NCBI GenBank assembly: GCA_963719515.1
Contig: CAVRCJ010000011.1
Coordinates: forward strand, 64,001 to 128,000
From: an uncultured cyanobacterium
Lineage (GTDB): Bacteria > Cyanobacteriota > Cyanobacteriia > CAKZMO01
DNA: 64,000 nt
Direction of reading: 5' to 3'
Part shown: one piece after another, positions 36,756-47,527 of the stretch
Layout: each line of letters begins with the position of its first letter
Position numbering within the stretch: position 1 is the stretch's first letter
The notes under the pieces: generated by a model
Database searches by the model: none
What the model was told of the DNA's origin: nothing
The model's input: the letters and a program-made list of their open reading frames with translations, nothing else
Translations under genes and position numbers: made by a program

Positions 36756-37823
36756 ATGACCCTATTGACTTCCGCCGCTATTCTTGACGTCTTAAAGCCG
36801 GTACAGGATCCGGAGCTACGCCGCAGCCTGGTAGAGCTCAATATGATTCGCGATGTGACGGTTGAAGGCGGACAGGTAAGCTTTACCCTCGTGCTCACCA
36901 CGCCCGCCTGCCCGCTGCGGGAATTTATCGTCGAAGACTGCGAGAAGGCGGTTAAAACCTTACCTGGCGTGGAGTCAGTGGACGTGGCGGTGACGGCGGA
37001 GACGCCGCAGCAGAAATCTTTGCCCGATCGCCAGGGTATCGCTGGGGTAAAAAACATCTTGGCGGTTTCTAGCGGCAAAGGGGGAGTAGGCAAGAGCACC
37101 GTAGCGGTCAATATCGCCGTGGCCCTGGCGGACAGCGGCGCCAAGGTGGGCCTGATAGACGCCGATATTTATGGCCCCAACACGCCGACTATGCTGGGGT
37201 TAGCTGACGCTGGGGTCACTGTCCAGGATGGCTCTGACGGCCAGATTTTAGAGCCTGCTTTTAACTACGGCGTCAAGCTAGTGTCTATGGGCTTTTTGAT
37301 AGACAAAGACCAGCCCGTAATCTGGCGGGGACCGATGCTCAACGGCATCATTCGCCAGTTTCTCTACCAGGCCAACTGGGGCGAGCTGGATTACTTGATT
37401 GTCGATATGCCCCCCGGTACCGGAGACGCCCAGCTAACGATGGCCCAGGCGGTGCCCATGGCCGGGGCGGTGATTGTCACTACCCCTCAAAATGTGGCCC
37501 TGCAGGACGCTCGCCGGGGGCTAAAGATGTTTCAGCAGCTGGGGGTGTCGGTACTGGGCATTGTGGAGAATATGAGCTACTTTGTGCCCCCCGACCTGCC
37601 CGATCGCCAGTACGACATTTTTGGGTCGGGCGGCGGGCAAAAGACTTCAGAAGAGCTGGGGCTACCGCTGCTGGGCTGCATTCCGTTAGAGATGGGGCTG
37701 CGGGAAGGGGGCGATCGCGGAGTTCCTATTGTGCTAGACCAGCCTGACTCTGCGTCGGCAAAGGCGCTGAAAGCGGTAGCGCAGCAGGTCGCGGCGCGGG
37801 TATCGGTAATGGCGCTGACTTAG
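36756..37823 (+). CDS. mrp: Mrp/NBP35 Fe-S cluster carrier ATPase
   Basis: DPEL, TTPACP, SGKGGVGKST, DADIYGP, WRGPM, DMPPGTGD, ENMS. Confidence 0.95.
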   Translation: MTLLTSAAILDVLKPVQDPELRRSLVELNMIRDVTVEGGQVSFTLVLTTPACPLREFIVEDCEKAVKTLPGVESVDVAVTAETPQQKSLPDRQGIAGVKNILAVSSGKGGVGKSTVAVNIAVALADSGAKVGLIDADIYGPNTPTMLGLADAGVTVQDGSDGQILEPAFNYGVKLVSMGFLIDKDQPVIWRGPMLNGIIRQFLYQANWGELDYLIVDMPPGTGDAQLTMAQAVPMAGAVIVTTPQNVALQDARRGLKMFQQLGVSVLGIVENMSYFVPPDLPDRQYDIFGSGGGQKTSEELGLPLLGCIPLEMGLREGGDRGVPIVLDQPDSASAKALKAVAQQVAARVSVMALT

Positions 37824-37996
37824 AGACACCCCCCAAAAATCCGGCTCCTGATACTCTGCTGCGGAGATATTGGGAGCCTGGTGATCTATGCAAGGCAAAG
37901 CCACCCTCGACTTCATAGCGCTGTTGAGCGGCTGTGACGCCAAGAGCGGCGGAAAGAGACTACAGCTCGGCTGCAGCGTTGCGGCTAGTCCGAGCC

Positions 37997-39967
37997 TTAC
38001 GTGACGGCGATCGCCCCTTGAGGCTGCTCTGCCTCCTCGGACTTGATGACGGCAATCGACTCTAAGTGGATATCCCGCTGTCCTTCCGGCAGCTCCGTGT
38101 ATTCCGCCACAATCTTGCGGAACGTGTCGCCGTCGATGGTTTCCTGCTCAATGAGCACGTCAGCCAGGTGGTCCATCAGGGAGCGGTTCTCCCGGATGAT
38201 TTGGCGGGCCTGGTCGTAGCACTGAAAGGCAATGTCTCGAATGCGGCGGTCGATTTTGGTTGCCATTTCCTCTGAGTATTCCTGGTTGCGGGGCATTAAG
38301 TCCCGCCCTAAAAACACCTCATTGCTGGCAGTTTCTAGCGCAAAAGTACCCAGGTCAGACATCCCGTAGCGGGTCACCATCTTGCGGGCGCTGTCCGCCA
38401 CTTTTTGAATGTCGGACATTGCCCCGCCTGTGACTTCATCTGGGCCAAACACCTCCGCTTCAGCGGCCCGTCCGCCCAAGGCCATCGTAATTTCGTCAAG
38501 CAGGCCCGCCCGCGTCTCCAGCCCGTCGTCGACGCCCGCGCGGCGCAGGAGCGGCATCGCAAAGCCGAGGGTGCCCCCCGAGCGCGGGATGATGGTCACC
38601 TTGTCTAGAGGGTCGGTGTGGTTGAGCAGCGTCATCAGCAGCGCGTGCCCTAGCTCGTGGTAGGCAATCAGCCGCTTCTTCTTGCCGTCCAGGAGCGGAT
38701 TCATCGTCAGGCCGACAAGAATTCGGTCAATGGCGTCCTCCACCTCCAAGTGGGTGATGGCGTCTTTGCGGCGACGGGCCGTCAAGATGGCGGCCTCATT
38801 GAGCATGTTGGCTAGGTCCGCCCCTGAAAAGCCGGGGGTCCGCTGGGCTACCGCATCCAGCGACACGTCAGGCGACAGCTTTTTGTTGCGGGCATGCACC
38901 TCTAGGATGCCGAGGCGTCCCTTGTAGCTGGGCAGGTCTACCACCACCTGACGGTCGAAGCGCCCGGGGCGCAGCAGGGCCGAGTCCAGCACGTCGGGGC
39001 GGTTGGTGGCCGCAATAATAATGATGCCGGTGTTGTTCTCAAAGCCGTCCATCTCGGTGAGCAGCTGGTTGAGGGTCTGCTCTCGCTCGTCGTTGCCACC
39101 GCCGATCCCCGCGCCCCGCTGTCGGCCCACCGCATCAATCTCGTCGATAAAGACGATGCAGGGCGCACTTTCCTTGGCCTTTTTGAACAGGTCGCGGACC
39201 CGTGAAGCGCCCACCCCCACAAACATCTCCACAAACTCAGAGCCGGAGATGGAGAAGAAAGGCACCCCCGCCTCTCCAGCGATCGCCTTTGCCAGCAGGG
39301 TTTTACCCGTACCCGGAGCCCCAATTAGCAGGACGCCGTTGGGAATCTTGGCTCCCACCGCCGTAAATTTCTCGGGCTGCTTCAGAAAGCCAACCACCTC
39401 CTGCAGCTCTTCTTTCGCTTCTTCAATGCCCGCCACATCCTCAAAGTTGACGCCGGTCTTGGCCTCCATCTGGAAGCGAGCCCGCGACTTGCCAAAGTTC
39501 ATGGCTTGCCCCGAAGCATTGGCGGAGCGGCGCAGCAGCAGCATCAGGCCGCCAATGACCAAGAACGCCACCAGCAGGTTGGTCAGCAGCCAGGCGATCG
39601 CCGACGTGTCGGCAGCGGGCTGCACCTCAATCTCGATATTGCGATCGGTGGCCCGCTCAATTATCTCTTGGTTTTGGCTGCCTTCAAATAGCACCACGTC
39701 CTGGGGATCTTCTTCACCCCGCAGCTCGACGCTGGCGCTTCCCGCCGGATCGATTTCTAGCCGGGTGACGTCCCCCGAGTCGATTTTTTCTAGCAATTCG
39801 CTGTAGCTTAGCTCATCTTTTTCTTCGGCTGCGCTTTGAGCGATCGCCGGTAGCGAAAGACTTTGCAGCAGCATCCAGGTGAAGGTAATCAGACCTGCGG
39901 TAACCGAGGCGCGGCGCGGCCCAAACCGTCGGGACGTCCGTGATGAGGCGTGGCTAAACTGCGTCAT
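37997..39967 (-). CDS. ftsH: ATP-dependent zinc metalloprotease FtsH
   Basis: Two TMs, [37 protein letters not shown]. Confidence 0.96.
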   Translation of the reverse strand: MTQFSHASSRTSRRFGPRRASVTAGLITFTWMLLQSLSLPAIAQSAAEEKDELSYSELLEKIDSGDVTRLEIDPAGSASVELRGEEDPQDVVLFEGSQNQEIIERATDRNIEIEVQPAADTSAIAWLLTNLLVAFLVIGGLMLLLRRSANASGQAMNFGKSRARFQMEAKTGVNFEDVAGIEEAKEELQEVVGFLKQPEKFTAVGAKIPNGVLLIGAPGTGKTLLAKAIAGEAGVPFFSISGSEFVEMFVGVGASRVRDLFKKAKESAPCIVFIDEIDAVGRQRGAGIGGGNDEREQTLNQLLTEMDGFENNTGIIIIAATNRPDVLDSALLRPGRFDRQVVVDLPSYKGRLGILEVHARNKKLSPDVSLDAVAQRTPGFSGADLANMLNEAAILTARRRKDAITHLEVEDAIDRILVGLTMNPLLDGKKKRLIAYHELGHALLMTLLNHTDPLDKVTIIPRSGGTLGFAMPLLRRAGVDDGLETRAGLLDEITMALGGRAAEAEVFGPDEVTGGAMSDIQKVADSARKMVTRYGMSDLGTFALETASNEVFLGRDLMPRNQEYSEEMATKIDRRIRDIAFQCYDQARQIIRENRSLMDHLADVLIEQETIDGDTFRKIVAEYTELPEGQRDIHLESIAVIKSEEAEQPQGAIAVT

Positions 39968-40078
39968 GTTCCTGTATCTGAATCGTATGTGAGTTAATGC
40001 TAAGGCTGTAGCGGTGATACTACTTTACCCAGTGTAGCTCTCCCAATCGGGAAAAGGCCTTTACAGCCGCCGCACCCA

Positions 40079-40158
40079 ATAGCGCCCTCTGCCGCCCCTT
40101 CTCCCGATAGCGCCCTCTGCCGCTCTTTCTCCCGATAGCGCCCTCTGCCGCCCTTTCT
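40079..40158 (+). repeat. 28-bp tandem repeat, about 3 copies
   Basis: ATAGCGCCCTCTGCCGC(C/T)C(C/T)TTCTCCCG units in the ftsH-glyS divergent intergenic region. Confidence 0.85.
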
Positions 40159-40214
40159 ATAGACAGGGTTAGCAGATGGGGTTATTTTTGAGCTTGATAT
40201 TGTGACGGGGCACC

Positions 40215-42368
40215 ATGGCGACGTTTTTACTTGAGGTTGGGACGGAAGAACTTCCCGCTGAGTTCCTAGACACGGCGTTTTCCCAGTGGCGATCGCAGAT
40301 TCCAGCCAGCCTCGCCGAGGCGTTTTTGACCCCCGAGGCGATTCACATCTACGGCACCCCGAGGCGGCTGGTGCTGCTGCTGGAAGGCCTGCCCGAGCAG
40401 CAGCCCGACCGCACAGAAGAGGTCAAAGGTCCCCCGGCCCAGGCGGCCTTTAAGAACGGCAAGCCCACCAAGGCGGCAGAGGGGTTTGCCCGCTCTCGGG
40501 GGGCAACGGTGGAGGACTTAGAGGTGCGTGACACGGGCAAAGGCTCGTTTGTATTCGTCATTCAGCGGATTGCGGGCCGCAGCGCGGCGGCGGTGCTCGC
40601 CGAGCAAATTCCCGACTGGGTGCTGGGGCTTGAAGGCAAGCGGTTTATGCGCTGGGGGGACGGCGACCTGCGCTTTCCGCGCCCCATCCGCTGGCTCATG
40701 GCCCTGCTGGACGACCAGCTCTTGCCCATCACCCTAGAAAACGGCTCCGAGGTCATCCACAGCGATCGCCTGTCCTACGGCCACCGGGTGCTCTCCCCCG
40801 GCGCGATTGAGATTGCCCAGGCCGAGGGCTACTTGAGCGCCATGCGGGCCGCCCGCATTGAAGTGGACCCCGAGCGACGGCGAGAGGCGATCGCCGAGCA
40901 GACCCAGCGGGCCGCCAAGTCTGTGGGGGGAGTAGCCCGCATGTCGCCGGAGCTGCTGCAGGAGGTGGTGAATCTGGTGGAAACCCCCACCGCCGTTGTG
41001 GGCACCTTTGCCCCCGAATTCTTGGAGGTTCCCTCAGAGGTGAGCATTACGGAGATGGAGAGCCACCAGCGCTACTTCCCGGTGCTGGCGTCTGAGTCCT
41101 CGGGTACCCTGCTGCCCTACTTCATCACTATTTCCAACGGCGACCCCGACAAGGCCAAAATCATCGCGGCGGGCAACGAGCGCGTGATTCGCGCCCGGCT
41201 CTCCGACGGCAAGTTCTTTTTTGACCTCGATCGCAAGCAGACCTTGGAGGCCTACTTACCCCAGCTGGAAACGGTCACCTTCCAGCAGGACATTGGCTCA
41301 GTGCGCCAAAAAGCCGCGCGTATTGAGGCGATCGCGGAGCTGATTGGGGGCCAGCTGGGCATCGCCGAACCGGAGAAAACCCAGGTGCAGCGGGGGGCGC
41401 TGCTGTGCAAAGCGGACCTCGTGACCCAAATGGTGGGGGAGTTTCCGGAGCTGCAGGGGGTAATGGGGCAAAAGTACGCCCTGGCCAGCGGCGAGGACGA
41501 GGCCGTGGCCACCGCCATCATGGAGCATTACCTGCCTCGGGGCGCGGACGACGCCATGCCCCAAACCCTAGTGGGCCAGGTGGTGGGTCTGGCCGACCGC
41601 CTCGATACCCTGGTGAGCATCTTTAGCCTGGGCCGGGTGCCCTCGGGCTCCTCCGACCCCTTTGCTCTGCGGCGCGCCGCCAACGCCGTCGTCAGCATTA
41701 TCTGGCAGGGAAACCTGGCGCTCAACCTGCGGCAGCTGATGGCAGAGGCCATCACCAGCTTCACCCAGCACAACGCGATCAAAGCGGGCGATGCCGCCTC
41801 CCTGCAGGGACAGCTCGAAGCCTTCTTTCAGCAGCGGCTGCAGACCCTGCTGGCCGAGATGGGCATCGACTACGACCTGATCAACGCCGTGCTGGGAGAA
41901 GGCGATCCCGAGTACGCCGCCCGCGCCCTCAGCGACCTGCTCGACGGACGCGATCGCGCCCGGTTCCTGCAGCAGATTCGCCAAGATGGCATTCTGGAGA
42001 GCATCTACGAAACGGTGAACCGCGCCTCCCGGCTGGCGGCCCAGTCGGACTTTGACACCGCCCCGCTGGACCCCGCCCAGGAAATCGACAAGGCCCTGTT
42101 TCAGCAGGATTCGGAGCAGGCTTTCTACGACGCCCTGGTGACCCTAATGCCAAAGACTCAGCAGGCCCAGGCCAGCCGAGACTACGGGGCGCTGGTGGCA
42201 GCCTTGGGGGAAATTGCCCCCGTGGTGAGCCAGTTTTTCGACGGGCCGGACAGCGTTTTGGTGATGGCCGACGACCCGGCGGTGCGGCGCAACCGGCTCA
42301 CCCTGCTGGGGCTGCTGCGCAACCATGCGCGGGTGCTGGCGGATTTTGGGGCGATCGTCAAGCAGTGA
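40215..42368 (+). CDS. glyS: Glycine-tRNA ligase beta subunit
   Basis: [19 protein letters not shown]...[41 protein letters not shown]. Confidence 0.97.
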   Translation: MATFLLEVGTEELPAEFLDTAFSQWRSQIPASLAEAFLTPEAIHIYGTPRRLVLLLEGLPEQQPDRTEEVKGPPAQAAFKNGKPTKAAEGFARSRGATVEDLEVRDTGKGSFVFVIQRIAGRSAAAVLAEQIPDWVLGLEGKRFMRWGDGDLRFPRPIRWLMALLDDQLLPITLENGSEVIHSDRLSYGHRVLSPGAIEIAQAEGYLSAMRAARIEVDPERRREAIAEQTQRAAKSVGGVARMSPELLQEVVNLVETPTAVVGTFAPEFLEVPSEVSITEMESHQRYFPVLASESSGTLLPYFITISNGDPDKAKIIAAGNERVIRARLSDGKFFFDLDRKQTLEAYLPQLETVTFQQDIGSVRQKAARIEAIAELIGGQLGIAEPEKTQVQRGALLCKADLVTQMVGEFPELQGVMGQKYALASGEDEAVATAIMEHYLPRGADDAMPQTLVGQVVGLADRLDTLVSIFSLGRVPSGSSDPFALRRAANAVVSIIWQGNLALNLRQLMAEAITSFTQHNAIKAGDAASLQGQLEAFFQQRLQTLLAEMGIDYDLINAVLGEGDPEYAARALSDLLDGRDRARFLQQIRQDGILESIYETVNRASRLAAQSDFDTAPLDPAQEIDKALFQQDSEQAFYDALVTLMPKTQQAQASRDYGALVAALGEIAPVVSQFFDGPDSVLVMADDPAVRRNRLTLLGLLRNHARVLADFGAIVKQ

Positions 42369-42669
42369 GCGTTGGCCGTTGTGTAGCAAATCTTACGGCT
42401 GGCGGCAAATTCTGACGTCGGTATTACAGTGCTAAAAGTCATAGGGTTTCCCGTTTGGTTTAATACTGGGCAATTCCCTAAGCGCTTAAATGCCTTGCTT
42501 ATCGGTGCCGCCGATTACTGGTTCAGAATTTGTGCAAGTAATAACTTATGTAAAACTAAAGCTTTATTTATGTCTTTAGACAGTCTTAAAAGCTTACTAT
42601 GCTTCGCTATATTTTAGACATGGAAGAAGTCGCGACTGTTCATCAAAATACCTTACTTTGGAGACAAGC

Positions 42670-42942
42670 ATGAACATTTTAGCCTGGGCTATATTGGGTT
42701 TAATTGCTGGTGCAATTGCTAAAGCTATCTACCCCGGTCATCAGAGTGGTGGCATTTTAGGCACATTAATTTTGGGCGTGATTGGAGCCTTTTTGGGCGG
42801 TACTCTTTTCACGCTCTTGACTACCGGCTCATTAGCCTTAACGGCGTCTAGCCTAAGTATCGGCGGCGTTTTTGTTGCTGTTTTAGGCGCGATCATCGCC
42901 CTGTTCATCTACTATGCAGCAACTAAGCGCACAACGGTGTAG
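42670..42942 (+). CDS. GlsB/YeaQ/YmgE family stress-response membrane protein
   Basis: MNILAWAILGLIAGAIAK.IYPG..GG..GT..LGVIGA.LGG. GGAG RBS before ATG 42670. Confidence 0.88.
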   Translation: MNILAWAILGLIAGAIAKAIYPGHQSGGILGTLILGVIGAFLGGTLFTLLTTGSLALTASSLSIGGVFVAVLGAIIALFIYYAATKRTTV

Positions 42943-42965
42943 CTAGAGATTGCCAATAGCTTAGC

Positions 42966-43007
42966 AAAGCCTTGAAGCCGCTTATTGGAGCGGCTTCAAG
43001 GCTTTTT
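42966..43007 (+). terminator. Intrinsic terminator
   Basis: AAAGCCTTGAAGCCGCT-tattgg-AGCGGCTTCAAGGCTTTTT. Confidence 0.85.
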
Positions 43008-43050
43008 CACGTCACAATAGTTGTACCTTTAATTCTAGTAAGTTATCCGA

Positions 43051-44406
43051 ATGAAGCTTAACGTGAGCAATCGAGAACGGTGTAAAGCTCTAAAGCAAGC
43101 GCTGAGCACTTTTGTGCTAGATGCCGAAGGAGACTTGGCGATCGCTTTAGAGACATACAGTTCCCGACGTTTGAGGCAGTGGTCAGACGCAAAGCTTCAA
43201 GGCATTGATTGTTCTGGTTTAGCAATTGATATGTTTATCACCGAAGGTCAAGTTAATGGCCAATCGGTGCTAGATATTTTTGCAGCGAACCAGCCCAGAC
43301 TATCTGAGACAGATCAAGCGCTTGTTAAGGGCTGGAAGGACACTTTCAACGGTCTGTTTGTCGTTCTTCAGGTCACCCCGCAGGGCTATGAGCTCATGAA
43401 CTGGCTGACTGAAAAGCAGTATTGGGTGCAGTCTAGCGGCCTACAATCAGAGGAACGGCTGGCTCGATTGTCTCCTGGTGAGATCGTTGCCGTTCGGCTG
43501 TCGCCCGTTCCAGAAGCTGATTGGATATTTTCAGGGCCTTTGCTGCTGTTAGGAAAGCTAGGAAAACCCAAGCTAGCTGTTGCTATTGGTAACTTTAAAA
43601 ACTGGTTCCCCAACTATCTTTATGGAGATGCCCCTGACCTTTTGGAGGAGGCCTGGAAATCGGTAAAGCACTACCACGATGAGTTTGTACAGTTCTTTGA
43701 AGCAGAGCGGGTTACGCTTTCAGGGTATGAGCTCAACAAAAAGCTGAACGCGTATCAAGAATTTGCTACTCAGCGCCAGCTAGAACGCACAGGGATAGAC
43801 AGCTCTAAGTCTTTGAAAGACCTGATGGACCAGGCTGGTGTGTCACAGGAAGAGGTTTCCGAATCGGTTGAATCCCTCGGGGCGGAGGGCCGCCAGGTGA
43901 AGCGCCTACTAGAGAGTTCAAAATCGGTGAAGATGGTGATGCCGCCTCTCAAGCTTCCAGATGACCTGCGCAAGGCGGAGGCGGTTACGGTGTTTGTCCA
44001 TCCGCGCTGGGGACAGATGATGTTGAAAGACTACGGGCAGATGACTCAGCTGCTTGAAGCCGCAGACGAGGCATCGCTAGCCAAGCTAGATCTGTTCGTC
44101 CATCGGTACCTCAAAAACGAGGCCGCGACTGCCTACGTTTGGCAATCCTTGGCTGAGGAGAATCCGGAGGCGCTAGAAGCGGCGCTCAGCCGGGTTCTTG
44201 ACCGCCCAGTTTCCCTTCAAGATGACCTAGAGAAGATTTTACTCGAGTTTGGAAAGTCCCTTGAACCGAAGCTTCCAGAGGTTGCCAGTGTCCCTGTTCA
44301 CCTGCACAACCTGTTTCAAGAGGCGCTGCAGGAGGTGAACGGTAGTTCATCGAAGAAAAAGGCAAAAGGCAAGCGGAAGCAAAAAGCTGGTTTTGCGGCT
44401 CTTTAG
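43051..44406 (+). CDS. Hypothetical protein (451 aa)
   Basis: Long ORF with a basic tail ending KAGFAAL; no family confidently recognised. Confidence 0.8.
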   Translation: MKLNVSNRERCKALKQALSTFVLDAEGDLAIALETYSSRRLRQWSDAKLQGIDCSGLAIDMFITEGQVNGQSVLDIFAANQPRLSETDQALVKGWKDTFNGLFVVLQVTPQGYELMNWLTEKQYWVQSSGLQSEERLARLSPGEIVAVRLSPVPEADWIFSGPLLLLGKLGKPKLAVAIGNFKNWFPNYLYGDAPDLLEEAWKSVKHYHDEFVQFFEAERVTLSGYELNKKLNAYQEFATQRQLERTGIDSSKSLKDLMDQAGVSQEEVSESVESLGAEGRQVKRLLESSKSVKMVMPPLKLPDDLRKAEAVTVFVHPRWGQMMLKDYGQMTQLLEAADEASLAKLDLFVHRYLKNEAATAYVWQSLAEENPEALEAALSRVLDRPVSLQDDLEKILLEFGKSLEPKLPEVASVPVHLHNLFQEALQEVNGSSSKKKAKGKRKQKAGFAAL

Positions 44407-44492
44407 CAAGGTTTAAGTCGCCCTTATTGACGGAGGTTGGGCTATCTCACTTTCGCCAAATTCGGCGATCGCGGCTTGATGACTGGCAGTAC

Positions 44493-44783
44493 TCACGCAG
44501 CACGTTGGATCTTGCTGAAGCAGAGCTCTAAGCCCTTTTTTAGGGCAGGCCCCAGGCTCACCTTGACCCCTGGTGCATCGGGGTACTCCAGCCACATCGA
44601 TGAGTCGGGAGAGAGCGAGCTCCACCCATATTGCTCTAATTGGCTTTGGCCTTTGTCGTTGAGGGTGTAGATTCTCTGCGATGTCCTCAAAACCACCAGC
44701 GCCTCTAAGCCGTAGTAGTCCGCATTGCGCTGCGTGTTGACTACTGCGTTGCCTTCGCTGTCGGACGACTCGAAGCCTACCAA
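44493..44783 (-). CDS. Possible hypothetical protein or gene fragment
   Basis: Protein-like composition; its upstream region abuts the glyS remnant. Confidence 0.35.
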   Translation of the reverse strand: MVGFESSDSEGNAVVNTQRNADYYGLEALVVLRTSQRIYTLNDKGQSQLEQYGWSSLSPDSSMWLEYPDAPGVKVSLGPALKKGLELCFSKIQRAA

Positions 44784-44814
44784 CCCACCTATCTTGACTC
44801 CCGCCTCGATCGCG

Positions 44815-45043
44815 AAGCCGAAGCGCCAACGGCAGACTGCAGCCCAAACTCAGCAGGCGGCCAAATCGGTGGGAGGGGTGGCCCGCACGGCACCGGAGCT
44901 GCTGCAGGAGGTGGTCAACCTGACAGAAACCACCACCGCCGTTGTGGGCACCTTCGTCCCTGACGTTAAGCAGTGAGCGCTGCTCGTTGTGTAGAAAATC
45001 TTACGGCTGGTGGCAAATTCTGACGTCGGTATTACAGTGTTAA
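44815..45043 (+). pseudogene. Degenerate, internally deleted second copy of glyS (internal piece plus 3' end) and its downstream flank
   Basis: [37 protein letters not shown] matches glyS at about 40895-41015. GTTAAGCAGTGAGCG...GTATTACAGTG matches 42357-42431. Confidence 0.88.
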
Positions 45044-45198
45044 CAGATATAGCAAAGGTCCTGATGCATTAGGACCTTTGCGCGTCTGGTTGCCTAGGCG
45101 ATGTCTAGCTTTAAGCCGAAAGCGTTGTCTTAAGCAACCCGGCCAGCGCAACCAATCGCCCAGCGCCCCAAGCAAGCTGCCCAAACCACCACCCCGCG

Positions 45199-45865
45199 AT
45201 GTGCCCCCAGACGATTTTGATTCTGTCGGCAAATCCTAAAGGCACCCCGGCCCTGCGCCTCGACGAGGAGGTGCGGGAAATCAAGGCGGGCCTAGAGCGA
45301 TCGCCCCACCGCGATTTGTTTCGCATTGAGCAGGCGGAGGCGGTGACGCCGCGAGACGTGCAGCGGGCGATGCTGAAGCATGAGCCGCAGAATTGTACAT
45401 TTTTGCGGCCACGGCAAGGGGGAAGACGGCATCTTGATGGAGGGCGTCGGCGGTCAGCCGCAGCTGGTGAGCGAGCGGGCGCTGTCGAAGCTGTTTGAGC
45501 TGTTTGCCGACGAGATTGACTGCGTGCTGCTCAACGCCTGCTACTCGGCGGTGCAGGCGCGGGGCATCGCTCAGCATATTGGCTCGGTGGTGGGGATGAG
45601 CAAGGCCATCGGCGATCGCGCGGCAATTGAGTATGCGGTGAGCTTTTACGATGCGCTGGGGGGTGGGCGAGATTTTGAGTTTGCCCATCGGCTGGGGTGC
45701 AATGCGATCGAGCTGATGGGGATTGACGAGGCGCTGGTGCCGGTGTTGGTTCAGAAGGGTGATGGCCTCCTTTCGTCTTCTGCGGCTGATACCGCTGGCG
45801 AAAGGTTGGGCGAAGGCTGCTCAGTCCCCCAAAATTGGGGGACTTTGACATTGGAAGCCCTCTAA
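45199..45865 (+). pseudogene. CHAT (caspase-like) domain gene with a frameshift near 45391
   Basis: ILILSANP...LRLDEE.REI in frame 1 continues as IVHFCGHG...VLLNAC...VVGM in frame 2. CCGCAG-A-ATTGTACAT carries one extra A. Confidence 0.85.
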
Positions 45866-45915
45866 ATCCCCCAATCGACGACCTTCGGTCACGCTCCGCG
45901 AAGGGAGACTTTGAC
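45824..45915. repeat. Cyanobacterial CCCCCAA/TTGGGGG hairpin repeat cluster
   Basis: GTCCCCCAAAATTGGGGGAC palindrome, GACTTTGAC twice, and a second CCCCCAA unit. Confidence 0.6.
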
Positions 45916-45928
45916 GTAGCTGACCCGC

Positions 45929-47527
45929 TTGAGCGGCCAGACTGCCCATGTCTTCGTCAGCTACAAGCGCGGCGTGGAGCCAGATGAGCGGGTGGCCAAG
46001 GCGATTTACGAGGCGCTCTCGCCTCAGCATGAGGTGTTCATTGACCAGACGATGCCGGTGGGCACCCGGTGGATGGAGCGCATCGATGCGGAGATTCAGC
46101 GATCGCACTTTATGGTGGTGCTGCTGTCAGCGCATTCGGTGCAGAGCGAGATGGTGATCCTGGAGCTGGAGAAGGCGCAGCACAACGCGAGCCATGCGGG
46201 ACGACCTAAGCTGCTGCCGGTGCGGCTGGGGTATCGGGAGCCGTTTCAGTATCCGCTGAGCGAGTATTTGAACCCGATTAACTGGGCTTTTTGGCAAGAC
46301 GAGGGGGATACGGCGCGGCTGGTGCAGGAGCTGGAGGGGGCGATCGCGGGGCAGCCGCTCACCATTGAGACCCAGGCGGCGAAAGACGAGCTGGTGACGC
46401 CGGAGCCGGACGCGGAGCCTATTGAGGCCCCGCCGCCCCCCATCGCTCAGCCCCATCAAGCTAGAGCCCATCAAGCTAGGGCCCATCAAGCTAGGGGCCA
46501 TCAAGCCAAAGCCCCAGAAAAGCTGGAGCTGCCGGAAGGCACCATGACCGTGGAGTCGCAGTTTTACGTGGCGCGGCAGGCAGACCGCATTGCCCTAGAG
46601 ACCATTGGCGAACGGGGGGTGACGCTGACGATTAAAGGGGCGCGGCAGGTGGGCAAAAGCTCGCTGTTGATTCGGGTGATGGCGGCGGCGCGGCAGGCGG
46701 GAAAGCGGGTGGCGTTTCTGGATTTCCAGATGTTTGACAAGACCACGCTGCACAGCGCCGACGCGTTTTTCTATCAGTTTTGCCTGTGGCTGAGCGATGC
46801 GCTGGAGGTGGAGGACGAGGTGGACGCCTACTGGCAGCGCCCGGAGGGCAACCGCCAGCGCTGCACCCGCTATATGCGACGGCACATTTTGCCGAAGCTG
46901 ACCGGGTCGCTGGTGCTGGCCATGGATGAGGTGGAGAGCATTTTTGATACGCCGTTTCGCACGGATTTCTTTGGCATGCTGCGCAGCTGGCACAACCAGC
47001 GGGCCAGTAGCGACTCCTGGCGCAAGATCGACCTGGCGCTGGTGACCTCTACCGAACCGTATCAGCTGATTGACGACCTGAACCAGTCGCCCTTCAACGT
47101 GGGGGAGGTGCTGGATTTGGAGGATTTCTCTATGGCCCAGGTGCTGGAGCTAAACCAGCGCCACGGCGAGACGCTGACGCCCGCTCAGGCGCAGCAGCTG
47201 ATGGGGCTGGTGAACGGCCATCCGTATTTGGTGCGCAAGGCGCTGTATCTGGTAGCGCGGGGGCGGATGACGGCGGCAGAGCTGTTTGACCAGGCGGCGC
47301 AGGAGCGCGGCCCGTTTGGCGATCACCTACGCTATCACCTGTTTCGCGTTTACGATAAGCCGGAGCTGGTGGCGGCGCTGCTAAAAATCATTCGCCAGCG
47401 CAGCTGCCCGGATGAGCGGCTGTTTTTCCGGCTGCGGGGGGCGGGGCTGGTGCGGCGCGACGGCCAGGCTATTGCGCCTCGGTGTGAGCTGTATGGGATT
47501 TATTTTCAGGAGCATTTGCGTGGGTAA
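45929..47527 (+). CDS. TIR domain plus AAA_35-type (STAND-like) NTPase
   Basis: HVFVSYKR..VFID...G..W...I...VVLLS..SV.SE.V..E; Walker A GARQVGKSS; Walker B LAMDEVE; QSPFNVG; GHPYL. Confidence 0.9.
   Translation: MSGQTAHVFVSYKRGVEPDERVAKAIYEALSPQHEVFIDQTMPVGTRWMERIDAEIQRSHFMVVLLSAHSVQSEMVILELEKAQHNASHAGRPKLLPVRLGYREPFQYPLSEYLNPINWAFWQDEGDTARLVQELEGAIAGQPLTIETQAAKDELVTPEPDAEPIEAPPPPIAQPHQARAHQARAHQARGHQAKAPEKLELPEGTMTVESQFYVARQADRIALETIGERGVTLTIKGARQVGKSSLLIRVMAAARQAGKRVAFLDFQMFDKTTLHSADAFFYQFCLWLSDALEVEDEVDAYWQRPEGNRQRCTRYMRRHILPKLTGSLVLAMDEVESIFDTPFRTDFFGMLRSWHNQRASSDSWRKIDLALVTSTEPYQLIDDLNQSPFNVGEVLDLEDFSMAQVLELNQRHGETLTPAQAQQLMGLVNGHPYLVRKALYLVARGRMTAAELFDQAAQERGPFGDHLRYHLFRVYDKPELVAALLKIIRQRSCPDERLFFRLRGAGLVRRDGQAIAPRCELYGIYFQEHLRG
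46452..46511 (+). repeat. 15-bp in-frame tandem repeat x4 in the TIR-NTPase linker
   Basis: CCCATCAAGCTAG(A/G)G units encoding HQARA-like peptides. Confidence 0.8.
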
